DNA from: Candidatus Bathyarchaeota archaeon RBG_16_48_13
GTDB taxonomy: Archaea; Thermoproteota; Bathyarchaeia; RBG-16-48-13
Assembly (NCBI GenBank): GCA_001775995.1
Contig: MEZH01000007.1
Location: forward strand, 188,807 to 252,806
Reading direction: 5' to 3'
Length of the DNA: 64,000 nt
Under the pieces are notes generated by a model. The model did not search any database. It worked only from the letters and a program-made list of their open reading frames with translations, and had not been told where the DNA came from. Each line of letters begins with the position of its first letter. Position 1 is the first letter of the stretch. Made by a program: the position numbers and the translations under genes. Below are positions 27,604-36,532 of the stretch, piece by piece.

Positions 27604-27901
27604 CTATTACGTATCGGTAAGTTATGGCTTCCTTGGCAGTTGGAGACTTTCGTATTATCTTTATGATGTTTCCAGGTTTGGCCTCTACGGCTCTCGCCCC
27701 GGGATCGGAAGCCTTGATGTAGGGAAGCTGATGAGGCACAAAGTGATGGGAAGCCAGTAGTGACTTAACTTCGCTTTCATTCAGCAATACGTGTTTAGGC
27801 ACTAACTCATGCTCAAAAATATCAAATTTCTTGTCTTTGCTCTCGACCAATAAGTAACCCCCGAAAATTGGTGAATGAGAACTCCGTCGAACTATCCTCA
27901 C
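27596..27901 (-). CDS. rpoH: DNA-directed RNA polymerase subunit H (Rpb5)
   Basis: HELVPKH..L...E motif and a C-terminal ITYRYV. GTG start at 27901, or more likely TTG at 27850 (84 aa). Confidence 0.88.
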   Translation of the reverse strand: MRIVRRSSHSPIFGGYLLVESKDKKFDIFEHELVPKHVLLNESEVKSLLASHHFVPHQLPYIKASDPGARAVEAKPGNIIKIIRKSPTAKEAITYRYVIDG

Positions 27902-28043
27902 CTGAGCTCCTAAAGAGAGAGTTCCCTAATACGTAGGACTACCATGACTCACAAAGATGATATTAATAAACTTTCTTAATCAGCTGCAAACCAAAGGCTG
28001 AAATTAGCCGTTCCTGATTGAAATGGACTGATAACAACAACTC

Positions 28044-28643
28044 TCAGGCCAGAACCGCTTCGATCAGATATAGAGTCTCGAAGGATAGACTTCGGGTGTC
28101 TTTAATCACGCCAGAAAGCCCGAACTGTTTGAGATTAGAGAGAGGGTCCACGCCTGATAGAGATGATTGTATGAAGAGAACACGCCCTTTCTTCTTCAGA
28201 CATGCTTCAACTCTTCCAAGGAAAGCTGCTATGGTGCGCATCCCTGTTGGTCCCCCATCCCAAGCTTTCGATAGCCAGTCCTTAGTGCGAGCAGCCTCGT
28301 CTGGCAAGTATGGAGGGTTAAAAACTATTAGATCAAACTTTTCACGAGGTTTCAAGGCATTGAACAGATCGCCTAATCTGACCTCGATTTTGCCTTCGAG
28401 TCTGTGGAGAGCGATGTTCATATTGGCGCATGAAACAGCGTGCGGGTTTATGTCAATGGCTAATACTCTCTTTGCTTTCTTAGAGAGAATTATCGCCAAA
28501 ATCCCACAGCCAGTACCCATATCAAGAACCTCTTCTCCTTCAACGCCCTCCAAATTATCTGCAATAAGGTATGAGTCTTCAGCTGGCAGATATGTCTGAC
28601 TCGTGACTTTAATAACAATGTTATTGAACAAGATCTTCTGCAA
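28044..28643 (-). CDS. Class I SAM-dependent methyltransferase with NPPY motif (HemK/Mtq2-like)
   Basis: VLDMGTGCGILAI and FDLIVFNPPYLP motifs. TTG start. Confidence 0.7.
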   Translation of the reverse strand: MQKILFNNIVIKVTSQTYLPAEDSYLIADNLEGVEGEEVLDMGTGCGILAIILSKKAKRVLAIDINPHAVSCANMNIALHRLEGKIEVRLGDLFNALKPREKFDLIVFNPPYLPDEAARTKDWLSKAWDGGPTGMRTIAAFLGRVEACLKKKGRVLFIQSSLSGVDPLSNLKQFGLSGVIKDTRSLSFETLYLIEAVLA

Positions 28644-29481
28644 GATTCCTCTTCACCACATAAATCATGTTTGACAACTCAATAAATTCAGAGGGCGATA
28701 TCTGATACACTCTCTTGCCTAAGTACGGCAACTTTTCTATCAAGGTATTGAGTCCGGACTCGTCTAGCATCAGATTCTTCTTGATAAACTCCTTAATCAC
28801 TTTCTTGGATGTCTTGTTTCTTTGTGTGAAGAGTTCTCTGACAAAAAGGCTAAAAAGACTCACATCTAGAGGCTGTAACGAAGGTCCTTCGGGATTCAAT
28901 CTCACAACTGCAGATTCTACTCTCGGGGAGGGAGAGAATACTGCATGATTCACGTATTCTAATATTTCACTTCTAGATTTCAAATGGGCCATTACCGATA
29001 AACGACCATATTCTTTTGTTCCCTCCTTAGCGATTAGCCTTCTAGCGAATTCTCTCTGAAAAGTGAGGACCATTACTTTGAAGCCGTGCTCAAGTAGTTT
29101 GAATAACAGAGGAGAAGAGAGTTGGTATGGTGGATTTGACACTACTTTGTCGAAAATCAAGTCCCTTGTTTTCATTATATCTTTTTCGATAAGAACTATG
29201 TTTTCTTTGTTCCCAAGTCTGTCTTTTAGGATTCTCATTAGGTTCGAATCTTTTTCCACGGCAATGACTTTGCCTGCTTTTTCCGACAGCAACTCAGTCA
29301 AGAAACCCAGGCCCGCACCTATCTCCAATACCACATCATCTGAGCAAACTCTTGCGTAGTCTATCATTCTCTTTAGGAGAGCTGAATCCGTGACAAAGTT
29401 CTGACCGAATATCTTTTGAGGTTTTATACCGTACCTAGAGATGATGCGGCTCACATCGTCAGAAATATCCATTAATGGCAT
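28621..29481 (-). CDS. rsmA: 16S rRNA (adenine1518/1519-N6)-dimethyltransferase KsgA/Dim1
   Basis: GQNFV, VLEIGAGLGFLT and VSNPPYQLSSPLLFKLL motifs. Confidence 0.9.
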   Translation of the reverse strand: MPLMDISDDVSRIISRYGIKPQKIFGQNFVTDSALLKRMIDYARVCSDDVVLEIGAGLGFLTELLSEKAGKVIAVEKDSNLMRILKDRLGNKENIVLIEKDIMKTRDLIFDKVVSNPPYQLSSPLLFKLLEHGFKVMVLTFQREFARRLIAKEGTKEYGRLSVMAHLKSRSEILEYVNHAVFSPSPRVESAVVRLNPEGPSLQPLDVSLFSLFVRELFTQRNKTSKKVIKEFIKKNLMLDESGLNTLIEKLPYLGKRVYQISPSEFIELSNMIYVVKRNLAEDLVQ

Positions 29482-29486
29482 CAACG

Positions 29487-30050
29487 CTATGGAAGACGAG
29501 TAAAGATCCTGTACTTCGGTTCTTCAGTCAGCTCTTCAAGGATTCTATTGACGACCAGCTTTGATGGATCTGGAATACCAGTTCTTCTCCGGATATCATG
29601 AAGGTCCTTAAATGCCGATCGCTCCCGTTCATTCAATATTTGCCACATATATTTTTTTCCTATTCCCGGCAGCAATTCCAGAGAATGCATGCGAGGGGTT
29701 ATAGATTGTGCGTTGTTGAAGAACTCTAGAAATCGGTTCTCATTGCTTCTGACTATCCTCTCTATCACGGAAGGCAATTCGCTCTTTGCGTTGGCCGAAA
29801 GTTCATTGTATTCTATGCGACCAACAATGTGGAGTATTTTATCTCGTATTCCTTCCTTTCCGACGTATACTTTTTCATTTGGGGAGAAAGACACACGAGC
29901 TTTCGCCACAGCCTCCAGTAAGGTGAAGAAATCTTCGCCTACAAGTTGGACTAGGGCCTCAGCTTTGAAAGACTGCCTTACGGAAGATGGTCTTCCCTGA
30001 GGCAGATAGTCTAACACGTAGGCGTAACTCTCGTACCTCTTTCTCTCCAT
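29487..30050 (-). CDS. DUF655/COG1491 putative RNA-binding protein
   Basis: YAYVLDYLPQGRP N-terminus and a C-terminal HhH-like region. Conserved archaeal neighbour of rpoF/ksgA. Confidence 0.7.
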   Translation of the reverse strand: MERKRYESYAYVLDYLPQGRPSSVRQSFKAEALVQLVGEDFFTLLEAVAKARVSFSPNEKVYVGKEGIRDKILHIVGRIEYNELSANAKSELPSVIERIVRSNENRFLEFFNNAQSITPRMHSLELLPGIGKKYMWQILNERERSAFKDLHDIRRRTGIPDPSKLVVNRILEELTEEPKYRIFTRLP

Positions 30051-30088
30051 AGATGGTCCCAATCCAAAATTTATATATGGAGAAGAGA

Positions 30089-30427
30089 CTATTCCATTCT
30101 ATATTCTTTTAAGGCATTTAATATCTCTTGAAGCTGAGATGTCAAGAGCACTCTGTGTCTTCCTGCGGAGAAGAATACCTGCAACTCCTCGGTGCTTCCT
30201 GGCATGCAGTTAGCGATTTGGATGGCCTCGTTCCTTTCTAGAGAGAATTTGTGAATAAGAAGATCAACGAGCTCTTCGGCTTTACTCTCGTCCAACTTCA
30301 TGAAATGGTTCACATATTCATAAGTTCTCAGTTGAAATTGATCCAGCTGGTCCTTTCCCTTTTGATCCAAGAGCATTTTGGTTTCAGCCAGAGTTATGGA
30401 TTTGTCATTCACGATCTTTCCAGGCAT
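30089..30427 (-). CDS. rpoF: DNA-directed RNA polymerase subunit F (Rpb4-like)
   Basis: 112 aa in the conserved position after eL21, with an Rpb4/RpoF-like helical sequence. Confidence 0.75.
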   Translation of the reverse strand: MPGKIVNDKSITLAETKMLLDQKGKDQLDQFQLRTYEYVNHFMKLDESKAEELVDLLIHKFSLERNEAIQIANCMPGSTEELQVFFSAGRHRVLLTSQLQEILNALKEYRME

Positions 30428-30443
30428 CTTTTTCCCTCAGCTG

Positions 30444-30740
30444 TTAGGTTGATGTATAAAGCTTAAGGTGTTCCGGCCTTGAGATTATAACCTTCTGTCT
30501 ATCGCCGTCGGTCACTTGGAGCAGATAAGCTCTTCCTCTTTTTTCTAGAATTGTGCCTATCTTTCCGTGACTTCGCTTATGCGGCATCCCTTTTTGGCAA
30601 CCTGGATCTATACTAATTACCGCTCTGTCACCGGGTCGGTACTCAATCAAAAGTTTGCCTAGGGGTTGCATGCCTTTGCTTCTAGACCTCTTTGTTAGAA
30701 CGTCCCGCGTGCTTGAGCGGAATCCTTTAGATTTCGTCAT
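30444..30740 (-). CDS. rpl21e: 50S ribosomal protein eL21
   Basis: 98 aa beginning MTKSKGFRSSTRDVL..., with the HKRSHGKIG pattern. Confidence 0.92.
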   Translation of the reverse strand: MTKSKGFRSSTRDVLTKRSRSKGMQPLGKLLIEYRPGDRAVISIDPGCQKGMPHKRSHGKIGTILEKRGRAYLLQVTDGDRQKVIISRPEHLKLYTST

Positions 30741-32068
30741 CTCTCATCATTCCACACTATGTCTATTACCTCAAACTCCATCTTTCTTGTTGGATTCTCG
30801 ATTATCTGCGAGAAATTATCTTTAAACTCACCTTGCTTACCCACTAGCTCTTTAACATATCTTCCTCCAGTGGCAGAAATCGTGATTTCAATGGAGTTTT
30901 GTGTCAATTTTTTCGCATTGGTTTCATATATCTGTTTTTCTGGATTGGAAGTCAACATCTTATTTGGAGAAGAAGGCCTTCTAGCTTCGAAGTATCTGTG
31001 TACCCCTTCCTGGAGTCTTGCTAGATTGATATCCGAAAGAGGGTTTTCAAATTCAACTACTATTCGATAGGTTTTCCTAAGCTCTCCTTGAGCCTTCAAT
31101 CGCCTCACATTTTCTTTTCCAGACACGCTGAGTCCAGCAACAATTATCTTCCCTTCAGAATCTTGTTGAATTTCCTCACAAATCTCGTGGAGCCTCAAAT
31201 CTCTTTTCAGCGGGTTCTTAATCTCCAAAATGAATGGCCTACCAGTACCCATAATCCTTGTGTCAGCATTCTCTCTACCTGCAGCGTGAAACTTTTCATC
31301 GCTTCCTTTTGAAGCCTGAAGTAAGGGCTTTGCGATGTATTCTTCTACAGATTCCTTCGATATTGTTCCAGCTCCATTACATTTTGGACACCCCTTACCT
31401 CCGCAAGAGCCGCAAATTGATTTCGATTGGGATATACCCGCTGCCAGTTTACGATAACGGCCAGAAATATATAGGGGGTTGATTTGAAACGTAACTTCCT
31501 CTGAAAAGGGATTTACCATGATGACCACGTCAGGTCTCATGAGGTCGAATTCCCTTTTGGTCACCTTTGTCAATTCTTTTCCTATTTCCCGACTGAACTC
31601 ATTTCTTATAGTCTCTCCCCATTTAATTCCCATCTGAGATCTAAGTTCATCTTCCTTTTCAATTATTGATGAAGCAATTTTGACGCCTACTAAAAAAGTG
31701 TTGAAGCCAATATGGGAAATTTTTTGATTCGCCACATCAGCGATGCGACTTATTGCCTCAAACTTCCCGCTGCATAAGTAGCAGCTCTTCTCGATTGGAA
31801 TCTCTTCTCTGCCGAGGTTCTGGAGAATCATTGCGGCGGCTTTTGAAGAGCCCCCTTTTACCAGAGACTCGAGCAATTCTATGCCCTCTGATTTCTTATC
31901 CAAAGCGAGAGCATGCCCCTCCATTGCAAGGCAATCTTTGATGATTTTCCCTCTTTCGCAGTTGGTTGTCCCATGCATGAGAAGAGCAAACTGTCGCCCT
32001 AAACAGTGATCACAGAGTGGATATTTTTCAATAATAGCCTTAGCCAAATCAAGAACTTTCAACCACAA
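30737..32068 (-). CDS. pus10: tRNA pseudouridine(54/55) synthase Pus10
   Basis: 443 aa with an N-terminal CDHCLGRQF zinc motif, a THUMP-like middle region and a C-terminal catalytic domain. Confidence 0.85.
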   Translation of the reverse strand: MWLKVLDLAKAIIEKYPLCDHCLGRQFALLMHGTTNCERGKIIKDCLAMEGHALALDKKSEGIELLESLVKGGSSKAAAMILQNLGREEIPIEKSCYLCSGKFEAISRIADVANQKISHIGFNTFLVGVKIASSIIEKEDELRSQMGIKWGETIRNEFSREIGKELTKVTKREFDLMRPDVVIMVNPFSEEVTFQINPLYISGRYRKLAAGISQSKSICGSCGGKGCPKCNGAGTISKESVEEYIAKPLLQASKGSDEKFHAAGRENADTRIMGTGRPFILEIKNPLKRDLRLHEICEEIQQDSEGKIIVAGLSVSGKENVRRLKAQGELRKTYRIVVEFENPLSDINLARLQEGVHRYFEARRPSSPNKMLTSNPEKQIYETNAKKLTQNSIEITISATGGRYVKELVGKQGEFKDNFSQIIENPTRKMEFEVIDIVWNDER

Positions 32069-32125
32069 AACACCTGAAGACGTCCTAGAACTTCATAGAG
32101 GACCTATGAATCTGAACCATCTATT

Positions 32126-33208
32126 ATGACGCAAAGCCCATTAATTACCCTTGCCTTCTTTTCATGGGAAGATATGTCATCATCACTCTTTGACATGGGC
32201 AAATATCCCTTCACCAAGGAAACTCAGGACTATAGGCTTCTTAGGCAGAATTACATCGCGGAAGAAGACTTGTTGAAGTCTGAGTTCACGATTTTGACCG
32301 ATCGAGCCAAGTCAAGGATTCTACAATCACTCGAGAAGGGGATAGTAGATTTTCTGCCGGACATGGATCCAGAAATCGAGATATGGTCTTTTTCCATAGC
32401 TATGTACATTGTCGCGGCCATCGGTGATTCCTATTTGCGGAGACGATATGCGTTGGCCGAGGCGAAAAGGGTATATGAAATCCTAAGGACTGATCAGAGG
32501 GAAAGGTTGTTCAAAATTGCGGTTGAGACATTCAATTGGAACATAAAGAAAGAGATGCCCAATTTTGGCGAACAATATGATTTCGCTCTCCACTTCGTGA
32601 ACTACTTGGCCAATGCGTTGATTTTTCAAGACGATAGATGGAAACTCGTCAATAGGCTCCTCACTAATTCATATGTCTTCTTGACTCGAGAGGAGACAGC
32701 TAGACTCTTGGAGGAAGAGGTCAGGAAATTCATAGAGTCGAGATTGGACAAGACAGATGCTATAATTCATATCCCTCCTTCAGAATTGTCAGATGAAATA
32801 AGACGCCATCTGGACTTGGCGAGAAAAAAGGTGGAATATGAAGAACTGCCCAAGAATGCAATCATAGAAGCGTATCCATCTTGTATAAGGCAACTATATG
32901 ACCACGTGGTTGCCGGGCAGCACCTTTCACATTTAGGGAGATTTGCATTGACAACGTTTCTCTTCAACATAGGAGTCACTGTGGATGAGATTGTGAAACT
33001 TTTCGCAAATCAGTCAGACTTCAACGAAAAAATGACTAGATATCAAGTGGAGCATATTGCCGGTTCAAAGGGATCAAAAACAAAATACAAGCCGCCCAAT
33101 TGCGACACTCTGAGAACACACGGTCTATGCCTGCTAAGGGTGGAGGAGTGCAGGAAAATAAAGAATCCTCTGGTATACTATGGAAGAAAAGTCAGGACGT
33201 ATGGTTGA
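32126..33208 (+). CDS. priL: DNA primase large subunit PriL
   Basis: 360 aa with Fe-S domain cysteines (YPSCI..., PPNC...HGLC) and a YQVEHIAG motif. Confidence 0.85.
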   Translation: MTQSPLITLAFFSWEDMSSSLFDMGKYPFTKETQDYRLLRQNYIAEEDLLKSEFTILTDRAKSRILQSLEKGIVDFLPDMDPEIEIWSFSIAMYIVAAIGDSYLRRRYALAEAKRVYEILRTDQRERLFKIAVETFNWNIKKEMPNFGEQYDFALHFVNYLANALIFQDDRWKLVNRLLTNSYVFLTREETARLLEEEVRKFIESRLDKTDAIIHIPPSELSDEIRRHLDLARKKVEYEELPKNAIIEAYPSCIRQLYDHVVAGQHLSHLGRFALTTFLFNIGVTVDEIVKLFANQSDFNEKMTRYQVEHIAGSKGSKTKYKPPNCDTLRTHGLCLLRVEECRKIKNPLVYYGRKVRTYG

Positions 33209-33222
33209 AGGAAAGATGAATC

Positions 33223-34458
33223 TTGGGAAAACGCGAAGAAGTCATCAGGCGCCAATTCAGCCAGTTCTATGAGAAGAATAATCACAAGATTACCTATCCT
33301 TCACACTTGGAGTCAAGAGAATTTGGGTTCCTTCTTTTCAAAGAAGGCTACATGGTAAGGCACAAGAGCTTCAGAGATTATCTTGCATTGAGAGATTTCA
33401 TACGAGCGACATCACCATCTGATGTCTATTATTCCACCGCCTATTATAAAAGACCGGAATACGAGATGGAGAAGAAAGGATGGATGGGAGCAGATCTCTG
33501 CTTCGATATCGATGCAGACCACCTAGAGACTCCTTGCAAGCAGTCTCATGATTCCTGGAAATGCGTGCAATGCGGAACTGCAGGCTTCGGAAACCCCCCC
33601 GAGATCTGCCCCGCATGCCATGCAAAACGTTTTGAAGCCAACAATTGGTTCTGCAAAGACTGCCTGAAAGCTTCAAAACTGGAAACTCTGAGACTTTTGG
33701 CGGTGCTGAGGGAGGATTTCGGTTTTCAAACATCAGATCTTGATGTTTGTTTCTCAGGTCATAGAGGTTTTCATGTCCACGTAGAGGACAAGCGCGTTAT
33801 CGGCCTCGATCAGTCTGCTCGAAAGGAAATTGTCGACTATGTTATGGGCACTGGAATAGACCTCAAATACTATGGTTTTCCACAAAAAGAAGCGATTCGG
33901 GGAAACATAAGGACAAGATTCGATTCTGATGAACCGGGCTGGAGAGGCCGTGCAGCTAGAAATGTCCATGATTTCTTGCTGAATCTGAAAAAAGAGGATT
34001 TGAAAAGGCAGGGATTCACGGCAAGCATGGAAAATGTCCTTCTGAATAATAAGGAGGAAATCGCAAACGAGTTGACCGAAAAAGCCGAGCTGAAAACTTA
34101 CAAGGGATTGAACATTCGAGGATGGGAGAGAATTGTGTATTTAGCTTTGAAGACTAGCGGTATCGAGATCGATACCGTTGTTACAGTCGATATTCACCGC
34201 CTGATACGGTTGCCATATACTCTCCACAGAAAGACCGGCTTCATGGTTGTCGTCGTTCCAATTGACAGGCTTTTTGACTTTGATCCTTTTGCAGACGCTA
34301 TAGCATTCAAAGAGGGTACAATGAAACTGCATGTCTCGGCGAGCCAAAAATTCGAAGTGGCAAGCTATGAGTATGGTCCTTATAAGGACGAAGACGTAGA
34401 ATTACCTATGGCATCAGCGATGTTTTTGTTATGTAAAGGCTTAGCCGAACCTCTCTGA
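33223..34458 (+). CDS. priS: DNA primase catalytic small subunit PriS
   Basis: 411 aa with catalytic FDIDADH, a zinc knuckle (CVQCG...CPAC) and FSGHRGFHVHV. TTG start. Confidence 0.9.
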   Translation: MGKREEVIRRQFSQFYEKNNHKITYPSHLESREFGFLLFKEGYMVRHKSFRDYLALRDFIRATSPSDVYYSTAYYKRPEYEMEKKGWMGADLCFDIDADHLETPCKQSHDSWKCVQCGTAGFGNPPEICPACHAKRFEANNWFCKDCLKASKLETLRLLAVLREDFGFQTSDLDVCFSGHRGFHVHVEDKRVIGLDQSARKEIVDYVMGTGIDLKYYGFPQKEAIRGNIRTRFDSDEPGWRGRAARNVHDFLLNLKKEDLKRQGFTASMENVLLNNKEEIANELTEKAELKTYKGLNIRGWERIVYLALKTSGIEIDTVVTVDIHRLIRLPYTLHRKTGFMVVVVPIDRLFDFDPFADAIAFKEGTMKLHVSASQKFEVASYEYGPYKDEDVELPMASAMFLLCKGLAEPL

Positions 34459-35028
34459 GTGAAGAATATGTATGAGGAGATATACAAAGCTTGGAAGAAT
34501 GAAATAGAGAATTCGCTCCTCCAACCACTGCAAAGAGATTTCTACTCAAAGTCAAGCTTGTATATGAAGAGACTCCTAGCGGAAAAGGAGAATATCGATG
34601 AAAAATCTCTCAAATTCCGCTTGATCACAGGCGAATATGGCAATGCCAGAAGATTGATCATCGATCTTTGTAACTTACGTTTCAAGAAGATTGCAGACTT
34701 GGCATATGAAGGACAGTCTGTACCTGAGACGACCCTTACGGATGAAGAAGAACTCTACTTTGAGAATCTCCTAAATGCGGCAACCCATTTCTCAAGGACG
34801 TCTAGAGATCTTGTAGAAGGTCAGTTGATTACCATTGAAACGCCCCAGGATGAGAGAAAGCCAAAAAGAATATTAGTTCGATTTACCCGAGAGATTCCCG
34901 CCATAATCGGAGTTGATATGAAGCCCTACGGCCCGTTCAAGTCTGAAGACGTGGCAACTTTACCCTTGGAAAATGTTGAGAACTTGGTAAAGCAAGGTGT
35001 CGCCATTAAGCTTGAGGTTGATCAATAG
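34459..35028 (+). CDS. Probable GINS complex subunit (Gins15/51 type)
   Basis: 189 aa, helical. Called from its position directly after priS (as in other archaea) and overall GINS-like sequence. No strict motif was checked. Confidence 0.5.
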   Translation: MKNMYEEIYKAWKNEIENSLLQPLQRDFYSKSSLYMKRLLAEKENIDEKSLKFRLITGEYGNARRLIIDLCNLRFKKIADLAYEGQSVPETTLTDEEELYFENLLNAATHFSRTSRDLVEGQLITIETPQDERKPKRILVRFTREIPAIIGVDMKPYGPFKSEDVATLPLENVENLVKQGVAIKLEVDQ

Positions 35029-35307
35029 ATGAAAGCGCCAAAAACCATAATCACTCACTGCCCAAAATGCAAAAAGCATACAGAGCATCTCGTAACACTT
35101 TACAAAAAAGGAAAAGAGAGAACCCTGGCAGCCGGCAAGAGGCGTCATGAAAGAGAAAAGCACGGCTACGGCGGACAGAAATTTCCTGAGCAAAAGAAGT
35201 TCGCCAAGACTACAAAAAAGCAGATGCTCAAGCTGAGATGTAAAGTGTGCAATTACACTTTGCAGAGACGCGGTATTAGATTGAAGAAACTTGAGATAGC
35301 CACCTAG
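35029..35307 (+). CDS. rpl44e: 50S ribosomal protein eL42 (L44e)
   Basis: 92 aa with CPKCKKHT...CKVC zinc ribbon and GKRRHEREKHGYGGQ. Confidence 0.93.
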   Translation: MKAPKTIITHCPKCKKHTEHLVTLYKKGKERTLAAGKRRHEREKHGYGGQKFPEQKKFAKTTKKQMLKLRCKVCNYTLQRRGIRLKKLEIAT

Positions 35308-35318
35308 GTGATCTTCGA

Positions 35319-35516
35319 ATGTCTAAATGGAAGAATCTCATCCCCAGACCTAAGAGCAATTTTGCTCAGGTCAAATGCGCGAGTTGTGGAAATGAGCAGA
35401 TTATTTTTCTCAGCCCAGCTACCCCTGTGACATGCAATGTCTGCAGTGCAATTCTGGCAGTATCAAGAGGAGGTAAGGCGGAGATCAAGGGAGAAATAAT
35501 ATCAATCCTTGAGTAG
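35319..35516 (+). CDS. rps27e: 30S ribosomal protein eS27
   Basis: 65 aa with a VKCASCGNEQ...CNVC zinc ribbon. Confidence 0.9.
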   Translation: MSKWKNLIPRPKSNFAQVKCASCGNEQIIFLSPATPVTCNVCSAILAVSRGGKAEIKGEIISILE

Positions 35517-35539
35517 AGCATCTAGCGGAGTAGCTTCGG

Positions 35540-36331
35540 ATGTCCAAAGAAAAAGATGGTTGGCCTGACGCCGGAGACCTAATCGTCGGTACCGTGTCGC
35601 GGGTCTTACCGTATGGCGCTTATGTAACACTCGACGAATACGAAAAGAGAGAAGGACTCATTCACATTTCAGAGATCAGCTCGACTTGGATCAAAAACAT
35701 TAGGGACTATGTCCGGGAAGGACAAAAGATCGTTGCCAAGGTTTTGAGGGTTGACCCCGCGAAGGGACATGTGGACCTTTCTCTAAGGCGAGTAACGGGC
35801 AGAGAAAAGAAGGATAAAATGGTCGCCTTTAAGAAGGCAAATAGGGCTGAGGGCCTCTTGAAACTGGCGGCTGAGAGACTAGGGATAACCCCCGAGGAAG
35901 CTTACTCGAGGCTTGGCTCCAAAATAGAGGACCATTTTGCAGGTCTATATGAGGGCTTCGAAGAGGTAGTTGAGAAGGGCGGAGCAGCCCTAGTCAAGAT
36001 TGGCATTTCTGAAGAAGAAGCAAATATCATCGCTGAGATCACCCAAAGCAAGCTCAAGATCCCAAAGGTCAAGATAAAAGGAATCTTAGAGCTTCAATGC
36101 TCTGGTCCAGATGGAGTCAACACTATTAAAGAGATCCTTCTGAAATCAAAGAATATTAGAAGACCTAGGGAGACAGATATCAGCATATACGTCGTGGCTG
36201 CTCCTAGATATAGAGTCGAGATTACGGCCAAGAATTACAGGGATGCCGAGAAGGTTCTTCACAACCTGACCGAAAACGCCTTGAGCGTCATAAAGGAAGA
36301 GGGCGGCTCAGGCACCTTCAAAAGAGAGTGA
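35540..36331 (+). CDS. Translation initiation factor aIF2 alpha subunit
   Basis: 263 aa with an N-terminal S1 domain (GDLIVGTV..YGAYVTLDEY...GLIHISE). Confidence 0.9.
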   Translation: MSKEKDGWPDAGDLIVGTVSRVLPYGAYVTLDEYEKREGLIHISEISSTWIKNIRDYVREGQKIVAKVLRVDPAKGHVDLSLRRVTGREKKDKMVAFKKANRAEGLLKLAAERLGITPEEAYSRLGSKIEDHFAGLYEGFEEVVEKGGAALVKIGISEEEANIIAEITQSKLKIPKVKIKGILELQCSGPDGVNTIKEILLKSKNIRRPRETDISIYVVAAPRYRVEITAKNYRDAEKVLHNLTENALSVIKEEGGSGTFKRE

Positions 36332-36346
36332 TGATTTCTGGTTTGG

Positions 36347-36511
36347 ATGCTTAGGAAGTGCGAAATTTGCGGAAGGTACTCTATGAAAACGGAAAAGTGC
36401 CCCAGCTGTGAGGGGACGCTTCGCATACCACATCCCCCCAAGTTTTCTCCCGAGGACAAGTACGAGAAGTACAGGAGAGAACTCAAAAGGATGTCAGAGA
36501 AAAAAGGCTAA
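36347..36511 (+). CDS. nop10: H/ACA RNP protein Nop10
   Basis: Not in the ORF track (54 aa). My translation is MLRKCEICGRYSMKTEKCPSCEGTLRIPHPPKFSPEDKYEKYRRELKRMSEKKG. It occupies the conserved position after aIF2alpha. Confidence 0.85.
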   Translation: MLRKCEICGRYSMKTEKCPSCEGTLRIPHPPKFSPEDKYEKYRRELKRMSEKKG

Positions 36512-36532
36512 GACTAGCCACGACTATTTTGA

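Noticed and set aside
28018-28599. 193-aa plus-strand ORF
   Set aside because: It lies antisense to the NPPY methyltransferase gene, which carries clear SAM-binding motifs.
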